Shown here piece by piece: positions 34,691 through 46,800 of a stretch of DNA of 64,000 nt (within the stretch, counting starts at the first letter, position 1; each line of letters starts with the position of its first letter). A program made the position numbers and the translations under genes. The notes under the pieces are model-generated. The model saw only the letters and a program-made list of their open reading frames with translations, was not told the DNA's origin and searched no databases. Source of the stretch: Balanoglossus misakiensis (taxonomy: Eukaryota > Animalia > Hemichordata); the NCBI GenBank assembly GCA_040954595.2, contig CM082592.2:372001-436000 (forward strand), in the 5' to 3' direction.

Positions 34691-35030
34691 CAAATTGTGG
34701 CTAAAATTGTTATTTTCGTGTTGAATGCCGCCAGTGTCACAGCTTTTAAAAGTCATAAAAACTTTTAACATACAAGCAATTGTTTATATGTGATCAGGTC
34801 ACCGAATTAAACAAATAAAGAATGTTTTGCCTAAAAATGACCTTTTTGGTGCAAAAACGAATAAAACGCAATTTTGTATTAAATCAGCTCATTAAGAGTG
34901 CATTTTTTATAATCAGCACCATTTTTACATATAATGGAAATTTTATACATCATCAGATATCCAAATATGAAAAAAATGATTTAGATTTTAGATGATTGTC
35001 CAAAATTAGCTGAAATCTAATAAATGTAGT

Positions 35031-35689
35031 TTATTACACCTCACGTATTATACCGTTTTCGTGATTGGCTGAGACGCGCTCACGTGATATAGAAAAAAAG
35101 TGATATAACATGGCTAGAGTTGATAAAGCCCTGTCGCGTGCGCTGATATTGCCCGCTGGGTTGTTTTGGTGTTCTGCGCGCGACTTCTGCGCGTTCCGAA
35201 CTGTCGTTCAATGGCTTCCTTCACGATCAGTCAACTCCCGCATCTATATGGCTTCAAAGCGACACACAGGCTTAACACCTGTTCAACTGGATGATATTTT
35301 ACTGCAAACGGGCAGTAAATACACCAAAATCGCAACCAACAGCGCAGTATTTTCAAAATAATCTAAGTTCGAAGTAGGTATCGTATAATTCTTGGGAGAT
35401 CGAGACATTTTACATTCTCAGCAACGTACGACATATGGACGCGAGTCTACATGCTACATACTGCAGTGTATGTACGTTCAAATGTTCGGCGTAATAAAAT
35501 TAATAACACATTATGCTCGGGCAACATCACGATTTGAAGCCTGCCCTCGGGCTGGTGATCTCTGACCACAATATTGATGATACCCTCGCCTGCGGCTCGG
35601 GCATCATCAATATTATGGTCAGAGATCACCAGCCCTCGTGCAGGCTTCAAATCGTGATATTGCCCTCGCTATCATGTGTTATTATTTAA
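35031..35689. mobile_element. 659-bp non-autonomous element with long 3' hairpin, no TSD; Crypton-like (tentative)
   Basis: Inserted at gtagt|attcaacc relative to empty units; TTA...TAA ends; ~88-bp imperfect inverted arms at 35497-35585 and 35599-35687; no convincing ORF. Confidence 0.7.
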
Positions 35690-37238
35690 ATTCAACCGTT
35701 CTGTTCCCCCCCCTACATTATATGCGGTACGCCGATGTCAGCTTACCCGGCAGTACTGCAGGCCGTGCCCCCAACTAACGTCGGTGTTTGAAACGCCCTG
35801 GTTAAATTCGGGCTTTCTCTATAAATGGACAGGCAATAATGCAGTCCTACCCGAACAAATGTCGAGTGTTGACCCGCTGTGACTTTCCCTCTTCGGTTTG
35901 CCCGACTTAGCCAACGTCTTTGTTCTAGAGTGTCGGGTCTTTTGCAGAGCCAGGCCGAAGGAAATCCGACTTGATCACCGCTGCTAACGAGCGCTAGTGT
36001 CTTTCATGGTGTGCCGGGGTTTTAGTCGAGCCAGGCCGTAGAAAAATCGACTTGTTCAACGTGGTCTCTGTACGCGTGTTTCTGCTCTAGAGTGCCGGGG
36101 CTTTATCCAAGCCATGCCGAAGAAAATCTGACTAGATCACCATTGCTAACGTACGCTAGTGTCTGTCATGTTGTGACGGAGATTTAGCCGAGCCAGGCCG
36201 TAGAAAAATCGACTTGTTCAACGTTACCAGTGTGCAACTGTTTCTGCTCTAGAGTGTCCTTGTTTTAGCCGACTTATGCTGTAGGAAATCTGAGTTGATG
36301 AACGGGAATTCAATGTTAGAAAACTCGTATCTCTACCCGTTTGAAACTAAGAAAAGAATTTATTCTTATTTATTTTGTAAAAAAGACAATTTTTCGAAAA
36401 AAAGTCGAAAATGGTAATTTTGTCTTGGGTGATTCAAATTATACCACCTTTTCTGGAATTTGCAGCACTTTTTACAAGAGAACGACACTTCATGCTCCAT
36501 AATATTTCCGAAAATGAAGAAAAGAGTTAATTTTTTATGATTTTTTAAAAATTTACCATTTTTGTCAAAATATGGCCAAAATGGCTATTTTTTCTTGAAT
36601 TCCGTCAATATCTCTGCTTTTTTGGAGTGGTCGAAAGTTTTAACATACAATCAACATGTCATATATGATCAGGGCACCAAATTCGAAGAACAAAGGTTTT
36701 TTTATTTATTTTTCTAAAAATGACATTTTCAAGGAAAATTTGGTAAAACGCAATTTTGTCTGCAGTGAGCCTAATTAGACGGTCTTTTGTGGAATTTGTA
36801 TCGATATATACATACGAAGAGCATTCTATACTCCATCAGATTTCCGAAAATGTAGAAAACATGTATTTTTTGTAATTTTCAAAAATTTACCATTTTGACC
36901 AAATTGTGGCTAAAATTGTTATTTTCGTGTTGAATGCCGCCAGTGTCACTGCTTTTAAAAGTCATAAAAACTTTTAACATACAAGCAATTGTTTATATAT
37001 GATCAGGTCACCGAATTAAAAAAATAAAGAATGTTTTGCCTAAAAATGACCTTTTTGGTGCAAAAACGAATAAAACGCAATTTTGTATTAAATCAGCTCA
37101 TTAAGAGTGCATTTTTTATAATCAGCACCATTTTTACATATAATGGAAATTTTATACATCATCAGATATCCAAATATGAAAAAATGATTTAGATTTTAGA
37201 TGATTGTCCAAAATTAGCTGAAATCTAATAAATGTAGT

Positions 37239-37897
37239 TTATTACACCTCACGTATTATACCGTTTTCGTGATTGGCTGAGACGCGCTCACGTGATATAG
37301 AAAAAAAGTGATATAACATGGCTAGAGTTGATAAAGCCCTGTCGCGTGCGCTGATATTGCCCGCTGGGTTGTTTTGGTGTTCTGCGCGCGACTTCTGCGC
37401 GTTCCGAACTGTCGTTCAATGGCTTCCTTCACGATCAGTCAACTCCCGCATCTATATGGCTTCAAAGCGACACACAGGCTTAACACCTGTTCAACTGGAT
37501 GATATTTTACTGCAAACGGGCAGTAAATACACCAAAATCGCAACCAACAGCGCAGTATTTTCAAAATAATCTAAGTTCGAAGTAGGTATCGTATAATTCT
37601 TGGGAGATCGAGACATTTTACATTCTCAGCAACGTACGACATATGGACGCGAGTCTACATGCTACATACTGCAGTGTATGTACGTTCAAATGTTCGGCGT
37701 AATAAAATTAATAACACATTATGCTCGGGCAACATCACGATTTGAAGCCTGTCCTCGGGCTGGTGATCTCTGACCACAATATTGATGATACCCTCGCCTG
37801 CGGCTCGGGCATCATCAATATTATGGTCAGAGATCACCAGCCCTCGTGCAGGCTTCAAATCGTGATATTGCCCTCGCTATCATGTGTTATTATTTAA
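37239..37897. mobile_element. Second copy of the 659-bp hairpin element at the same satellite position
   Basis: Nearly identical to 35031-35689 with identical junctions, 2208 bp downstream. Confidence 0.7.
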
Positions 37898-40800
37898 ATT
37901 CAACCGTTCTGTTCCCCCCCTACATTATATGCGGTACGCCGATGTCAGCTTACCCGGCAGTACTGCAGGCCGTGCCCCCAACTAACGTCGGTGTTTGAAA
38001 CGCCCTGGTTAAATTCGGGCTTTCTCTATAAATGGACAGGCAATAATGCAGTCCTACCCGAACAAATGTCGAGTGTTGACCCGCTGTGACTTTCCCACTT
38101 CGGTTTGCCCGACTTAGCCAACGTCTTTGTTCTAGAGTGTCGGGTCTTTTGCAGAGCCAGGCCGAAGGAAATCCGACTTGATCACCGTTGCTAACGAACG
38201 CTAGTGTCTGTCATGGTGTGCCGGGGTTTTAGTCGAGCCAGGCCGTAGGAGATCTGACTTGATCATCGTGGTCAATGTACGCGTGTTTCCGCTCTAAAGT
38301 GCCGGGGCTTCAGCTAAACAAGGCCGTAGGAAATCCGACGTAATCACCGTTGATAACTTACGCCAGTCTGTCTCATATAGAGCCGGTGCACCAGCCGAGT
38401 CACGCCGTAGGTAATCTGACTTGATCAACGTGGTCAATGTACGCCTGTTTCTGCTCTAGAGTGCCGGGGCTTCAGCTGAGCCAGGCCGTAGGAAACCCGA
38501 CGTGATTACCGTTGTTAACTTACGCCAGTCTGTGTCCTATATATAGTGCCGGGGCATCAGCCGTGCCAGGCCGAAGGAAATGTGAGTATATCAACGTGGT
38601 CTCTGTACGCGTGTTTCTGCTCTAGAGTGCCAGGGCTTTAGCCAAGCCATGCCGTAGGAAATCTGACTTCATCAACGTTGCTAACGAACGCTAGTGTCTG
38701 TCATAGTGTGCCGGGGTTTTAGTCGAGCCAAGCCGTAGGAGATCAGACTTGATCAACGTTGTCTCTGTACGCGTGTTTCTGCTCTAGAGTGCCGGGGCTT
38801 TATCCAAGCCATGCCGTAGAAAATCTGACTTGATCACCGTTGCTAACGTACGCTAGTGTCTGTCATATTGTGACGGAGATTTAGCCGAGCCAGGCCGTAG
38901 AAAAATCGACTTGTTCAACGTTACCAGTGTGCAACTGTTTCTGCTCTAAAGTGTCCTTGTTTTAGCCGACTTATGGTGTAGGAAATCTGAGTTGATGAAC
39001 GGGAATTCAATGTTAGAAAACTCGTATCTCTACCCGTTTGAAACTAAGAAAAGAATTTATTCTTATTTATTTTGTAAAAAAGACAATTTTTCGAAAAAAA
39101 GTCGAAAATGGTAATTTTGTCTTGGGTGATTCAAATTATACCGCCTTTTCTGGAATTTGCAGCACTTTTTACAAGAGAACGACACTTCATGCTCCATAAT
39201 ATTTCCGAAAATGAAGAAAAGAGTTAATTTTTTTATGATTTTTTAAAAATTTACCATTTTTGTCAAAATATGGCCAAAATGGCTATTTTTTCTTGAATTC
39301 CGTCAATATCTCTGCTTTTTTGGAGTGGTCGAAAGTTTTAACATACAATCAACATGTCATATATGATCAAGGCACCAAATTCGAAGAACAAAGGTTTTTT
39401 TATTTATTTTTCTAAAAATGACATTTTCAAGGAAAATTTGGTAAAACGCAATTTTGTCTGCAGTGAGCCTAATTAGACGGTCTTTTGTGGAATTTGTATC
39501 GATATATACATACGAAGAGCATTCTATACTCCATCAGATTTCCGAAAATGTAGAAAACATGTATTTTTTTTGTAATTTTCAAAAATTTACCATTTTGACC
39601 AAATTGTGGCTAAAATTGTTATTTTCGTGTTGAATGCCGCCAGTGTCACTGCTTTTAAAAGTCATAAAAACTTTTAACATACAAGCAATTGTTTATATAT
39701 AATCAGGTCACCGAATTAAAAAAAATAAAGAATGTTTTGCCTAAAAATGACCTTTTTGGTGCAAAAACGAATAAAACGCAATTTTGTATTAAATCAGCTC
39801 ATTCAGAGTGCATTTTTTATAATCAGCACCATTTTTACATATAATTGAAATTTTATACATCATCAGATATCCAAATATGAAAAAATGATTTAGATTTTAG
39901 ATGATTGTCCAAAATTAGCTGAAATCTAATAAATGTAGTATTCAACCGTTCTGTTTCCCCCCCCCCCCCTACATTATATGCGGTACGCCGATGTCAGCTT
40001 ACCCGGCAGTACTGCAGGCCGTGCCCCCAACTAACGTCGGTGTTTGAAGCGCCCAGGTTAAATTCGGGCCTTCTCTATAAATTGACAGGCAAGAAGGCAG
40101 TCCTACCCGAACAAATGTCGAGTGTTGACCCGCTGTGACTTTCCCTCTTCGGTTTGCCCGACTTAGATAACATCTTTGTACTAGAGTGTCGGGTCTTTTG
40201 CAGAGCCAGGCCGAAGGAAATCCGACTTGATCACCGTTGCTAACGAACGCTAGTGTCTGTCATGGTGTGTCGGGGTTTTAGTCGAGCCAGGCCGTAGGAG
40301 ATCTGACTTGATCATCGTGGTCAATGTACGCGTGTTTCCGCTCTAAAGTGCCGGGGCTTCAGCTAAACCAGGCCGTAGGAAATCCGACGTAATCACCGTT
40401 GATAACTTACGCCAGTCTGTGTCATATAGAGCCGGTGCACCAGCCGAGTCCCGCCGTAGGAAATCTGACTTGATCAACGTGATCAATGTACGCCTGTTTC
40501 TGCTCTAGAGTGCCGTGGCTTCAGCTGAGCCAGGCCGTAGGAAACCCGACGTGATTACCGTTGTTAACTTACGCCAGTCTGTGTTCTATATATAGTGCCG
40601 GGGCATCAACCGTACCAGGCCGAAGGAAATGTGAGTAGATCAACGTGGTCAATGTACGCGTGTTTCCGCTCTAAAGTGCCGGGGCTTCAGCTAAACCAGG
40701 CCGTAGGAAATCCGACGTAATCACCGTTGATAACTTACGCCAGTCTGTCTCATATAGAGCCGGTGCACCAGCCGAGTCACGCCGTAGGTAATCTGACTTG

Positions 40801-43800
40801 ATCAACGTGGTCAATGTACGCCTGTTTCTGCTCTAGAGTGCCGGGGCTTCAGCTGAGCCAGGCCGTAGGAAACCCGACGTGATTACCGTTGTTAACTTAC
40901 GCCAGTCTGTGTCCTATATATTGTGCCGGGGCATCAACCGTACCAGGCCGAAGGAAATGTGAGTAGATCAACGTGGTCTCTGTACGCGTGTTTCTGCTCT
41001 AGAGTTCCAGGGCTTTAGCCAAGCCATGCCGTAGGAAATTTGACTTGATCAACGTTGCTGACGAACGCTAGTGTCTGCCATAGTGTGCCGGGGTTTTAGT
41101 CGAGCCAAGCCGTAGGAGATCAGACTTGATCAACGTGGTCTCTGTACGCGTGTTTCTGCTCTAGACTGCCGGGGCTTTATCCAAGCCATGCCGTAGAAAA
41201 CCTGACTTGATCACCGTTGCTAACGTACGCTAGTGTCTGTCATATTGTGACGGAGATTTAGCCGAGCCAGGCCGTAGAAAAATCAACTTGTTCAACGTTA
41301 CCAGTGTGCAACTGTTTTTGCTCTAGAGTGTCAGGGTTTTAGCCGACTTATGCTGTAGGAAATCTGAGTTGATGAACGGGAATTCAATTTTAGAAAACCC
41401 GTGTGGAAAGTATCTCTACCCGTTTGAAACTAAGAAAAGAATTTATTCTTATTTTTTTTCTAAAAAAGACATTTTCAAGGAAAATTTGGTAAAACGCAAT
41501 TTTGTCTGCAGTGAGCCTAATAAGACGGTCTTTTGCGGAATTTGTATCGATATATACATACGAAGAGCATTCTATACTCCATCAGATTTCCGAAAATGTA
41601 GAAAACATGTATTTTTTGTAATTTTCAAAAATTTACCATTTTGACCAAATTGTGGCTAAAATTGTTATTTTCGTGTTGAATGCCGCCAGTGTCACTGCTT
41701 TTAAAAGTCATAAAAACGTTTAATATACAAGCAATTGTTTATATATGATCAGGTCACCGAATTAAAAAAATAAAGAATGTTTTGCCTAAAAATGACCTTT
41801 TTGGTGCAAAAACGAATAAAACGCAATTTTGTATTAAATCAGCTCATTCAGAGTGCATTTTTTATAATCAGCTCCATTTTTACATATACTGGAAATTTTA
41901 TACATCATCAGATATCCAAATATGAAAAAATGATTTAGATTTTAGATGATTGTCCAAAATTAGCTGAAATCTAATAAATGTAGTATTCAACCGTTCTGTT
42001 TACCCCCCCCCTGCATTATATGCGGTACGCCGATGTCAGCTTACCCGGCAGTACTGCAGGCCGTTCCCCCAACTAACGTCGGTGTTTGAAGCCCCCAGGT
42101 TAAATTCGGGCCTTCTCTATAAATTGACAGGCAATAATGCAGTCCTACCCGAACAAATGTCGAGTGTTGACCCGCTGTGACTTTCCCTCTTCAGTTTGCC
42201 CGACTTAGATAACATCTTTGTACTAGAGTGTCGGGTCTTTTGCAGCGCCAGGCCGAAGGAAATGTGAGTAGATCAACGTGGTCTCTGTACGCGTGTTTCT
42301 GCTCTAGAGTGCCAGGGCTTTAGCCAAGCCATGCCGTAGGAAATCTGACTTGATCAACGTTGCTAATGAACGCTAGTGTCTGTCATAGTGTGCCGGGGTT
42401 TTAGTCGAGCCAAGCCGTAGGAGATCAGACTTGATCAACGTGGTCTCTGTACGCGTGTTTCTGCTCTAGAGTGCCGGGGCTTTATCCAAGCCATGCCGTA
42501 GAAAATCTGACTTGATCACCGTTGCTAACGTATGCTAGTGTCTGTCATATTGTGACGGAGATTTAGCCGAACCAGGCCGTAGAAAAATCGACTTGTTCAA
42601 CGTTACCATTTGTGCAACTGTTTCTGCTCTAGAGTGTCAGGGTTTTAGCCGACTTATGCTGTAGGAAATCTGAGTTGATGAACGGGAATTCATTGTTAGA
42701 AAACCCGTGTGGAAAGTATCTCTACCCGTTTGAAACTAAGAAAAGAATTTATTCTTATTTATTTTGTAAAAAAGACAATATTTCGAAAAAAAGTCGAAAA
42801 TGGTAATTTTGTCTTGGGTGATTCAAATTATACCGCCTTTTCTGGAATTTGCAGCACTTTTTACAAGAGAACGACACTTCATGCTCCATAATATTTCCGA
42901 AAATGAAGAAAATAGTTAATTTTTTATGATTTAAAAAAAATTTACCATTTTTGTCAAAATATGGCCAAAATGGCTATTTTTTCTTGAATTCCGTCAATAT
43001 CTCTGCATTTTTGGAGTGGTCGAAAGTTTTAACATACAATCAACATGTCATATATGATCAGGACACCAAATTCGAAGAACAAAGGTTTTTTTATTTTTTT
43101 TTCTAAAAATGACATTTTCAAGGAAAATTTGGTAAAACGCAATTTTGTCTGCAGTGAGCCAAATTAGACGGTCTTTTGTGGAATTTGTATCGATATATAC
43201 ATACGAAGAGCATTCTATACTCCATCAGATTTCCGAAAATGTAGAAAACAGGTATTTTTTATAATTTTCAAAAATTTACCATTTAGACAAAATTGTGGCT
43301 AAAATTGTTATTTTCGTGTTGAATGCCGCCAGTGTCACTGCTTTTAAAAGTCATAAAAACTGTTAACATACAAGCAATTGTTTATATATGATCAGGTCAC
43401 CGAATTAAAAAAATAAAGAATGTTTTGCCTAAAAATGACCTTTTTGGCGCAAAAACGAATAAAACGCAATTTTGTATTAAATCAGCTCATTCAGAGTGCA
43501 TTTTTTATAATCAGCACCATTTTTACATATAATGGAAATTTCATACATCATCAGATATCCAAATATGAAAAAATGATTTAGATTTTAGATGATTGTCCAA
43601 AATTAGCTGATATCTAATAAATGTAGTATTGAACCGTTCTGTTCCCCCCCCCCTACATTATATGCGGTACGCCGATGTCAGCTTACCCGGCAGTACTGCA
43701 GGCCGTGCCCCCAACTAACGTCGGTGTTTGAAACGCCCTGGTTAAATTCGGGCTTTCTCTATAAATTGACAGGCAATAATGCAGTCCTACCCGACCAAAT

Positions 43801-46800
43801 GTCGAGTGTTGACCCGCTGTGACTTTCCCTCTTCGGTTTGCCCGACTTAGCCAACGTCTTTGTACTAATGTGTCGGGTCTTTTGCAGAGCCAGGCCGAAG
43901 GAAATCCGACTTGATCACCGTTGCTAGCGAACGCTAGTGTCTGTCATGGTGTGCCGGGGTTTAGTCGAGCCAGGCCGTAGGAGATCTGACTTGATCATCG
44001 TTGTCAATGTACGCGTGTTTCCGCTCTAAAGCGCCGGGGCTTCAGCTAAACCAGGCCGTAGGAAATCCGACGTAATCACCGTTGATAACTTACGCCAGTC
44101 TGTGTCATATATAGCCGGTGCACCAGCCGAGTCACGCCGTAGGAAATCTGACTTGATCAACGTGGTCACTGTACGCCTGTTTCTGCTCTAGAGTGCCGGG
44201 GCTTCAGCTGAGCCAGGCCGTAGGAAACCCGACGTGATTACCGTTGTTAACTTACGCCAGTCTGTGTCCTATATATAGTGCCGGGGCATCAGCCGTGCCA
44301 GGCCGAAGGAAATGTGAGTAGATCAACGTGGTCTCTGTACGCGTGTTTCTGCTCTAGAGTGCCAGGGCTTTAGCCAAGCCATGCTGTAGGAAATCTGACT
44401 TGATCAACGTTGCTAATGAACGCTAGTGTCTGTCATAGTGTGCCGGGGTTTTAGTCGAGCCAAGCCGTAGGAGATCAGACTTGATCAACGTGGTCTCTGT
44501 ACGCGTGTTTCTGCTCTAGAGTGCCGGGGCTTTATCCAAGCCATGCCGTAGAAAATCTGACTTGATCACCGTTGCTAACTTACGCTAGTGTCTGTCATAT
44601 TGTGACGGAGATTTAGCCGAGCCAGGCCGTAGAAAAATCGACTTGTTCAACGTTACCATTTGTGCAACTGTTTCTGTTCTAGAGTGTCAGGGTTTTAGCC
44701 GACTTATGCTGTAGGAAATCTGAGTTGATGAACAGGAATTCATTGTTAGAAAACCCGTGTGGAAAGTATCTCTACCCGTTTGAAACTAAGAAAAGAATTT
44801 ATTCTGATTTATTTTGTAAAAAAGACAATATTTCGAAAAAAAGTCGAAAATGGTAATTTTGTCTTGGGTGATTCAAATTATACCGCCTTTTCTGGAATTT
44901 GCAGCACTTTTTACAAGAGAACGACACTTCATGCTCCATAATATTTCCGAAAATGAAGAAAAGAGTTAATTTTTTATGATTTTTTAAAAATTTACCATTT
45001 TTGTCAAAATATGGCCAAAATGGCTATTTTTTCTTGAATTCCGTCAATATCTCTGCATTTTTGGAGTGGTCGAAAGTTTTAACATACAATCAAAATGTCA
45101 TATATGATCAGGGCACCAAATTCGAAGAACAAAAGTTTTTTTATTTATTTTTTTCTAAAAATGACATTTTCAAGGAAAATTTGGTAAAACGCAATTTTGT
45201 CTGCAGTGAGCCAAATTAGACGGTCTTTTGTGGAATTTGTATCGATATATACATACGAAGAGCATTCTATACTCCATCAGATTTCCGAAAATGTAGAAAA
45301 CATGTATTTTTTGTAATTTTCAAAAATTTACCATTTTGACCAAATTGTGGCTAAAATTGTTATTTTCGTGTTGAATGCCGCCAGTGTCACTGCTTTTAAA
45401 AGTCATAAAAACTTTCAACATACAAGCAATTGTTTATATATGATCAGGTCACCGAATTAAAAAAATAAAGAATGTTTTGCCTAAAAATGACCTTTTTGGC
45501 GCAAAAACGAATAAAACGCAATTTTGTATTAAATCAGCTCATTCAGAGTGCATTTTTTATAATCAGCACCATTTTTACATATAATGGAAATTTCATACAT
45601 CATCAGATATCCAAATATGAAAAAATGATTTAGATTTTAGATGATTGTCCAAAATTAGCTGATATCTAATAAATGTAGTATTGAACCGTTCTGTTCCCCC
45701 CCCCCCTACATTATATGCGGTACGCCGATGTCAGCTTACCCGGCAGTACTGCAGGCCGTGCCCCCAACTAACGTCGGTGTTTGAAACGCCCTGGTTAAAT
45801 TCGGGCTTTCTCTATAAATTGACAGGCAATAATGCAGTCCTACCCGACCAAATGTCGAGTGTTGACCCGCTGTGACTTTCCCTCTTCGGTTTGCCCGACT
45901 TAGCCAACGTCTTTGTACTAATGTGTCGGGTCTTTTGCAGAGCCAGGCCGAAGGAAATCCGACTTGATCACCGTTGCTAGCGAACGCTAGTGTCTGTCAT
46001 GGTGTGCCGGGGTTTAGTCGAGCCAGTCCGTAGGAGATCTGACTTGATCATCGTTGTCAATGTACGCGTGTTTCCGCTCTAAAGCGCCGGGGCTTCAGCT
46101 AAACCAGGCCGTAGGAAATCCGACGTAATCACCGTTGATAACTTACGCCAGTCTGTGTCATATAGAGCCGGTGCACCAGCCGAGTCACGCCGTAGGAAAT
46201 CTGACTTGATCAACGTGGTCACTGTACGCCTGTTTCTGCTCTAGAGTGCCGGGGCTTCAGCTGAGCCAGGCCGTAGGAAACCCGACGTGATTACCGTTGT
46301 TAACTTACGCCAGTCTGTGTCCTATATATAGTGCCGGGGCATCAGCCGTGCCAGGCCGAAGGAAATGTGAGTAGATCAACGTGGTCTCTGTACGCGTGTT
46401 TCTGCTCTAGAGTGCCAGGGCTTTAGCCAAGCCATGCTGTAGGAAATCTGACTTGATCAACGTTGCTAATGAACGCTAGTGTCTGTCATAGTGTGCCGGG
46501 GTTTTAGTCGAGCCAAGCCGTAGGAGATCAGACTTGATCAACGTGGTCTCTGTACGCGTGTTTCTGCTCTAGAGTGCCGGGGCTTTATCCAAGCCATGCC
46601 GTAGAAAATCTGACTTGATCACCGTTGCTAACTTACGCTAGTGTCTGTCATATTGTGACGGAGATTTAGCCGAGCCAGGCCGTAGAAAAATCGACTTGTT
46701 CAACGTTACCATTTGTGCAACTGTTTCTGTTCTAGAGTGTCAGGGTTTTAGCCGACTTATGCTGTAGGAAATATGAGTTGATGAACGGGAATTCATTGTT

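Noticed and set aside
35110-35361. 83-aa ORF in the hairpin element (also 37318-37569)
   Set aside because: Short with no motif I can support; at most a remnant of an autonomous parent.
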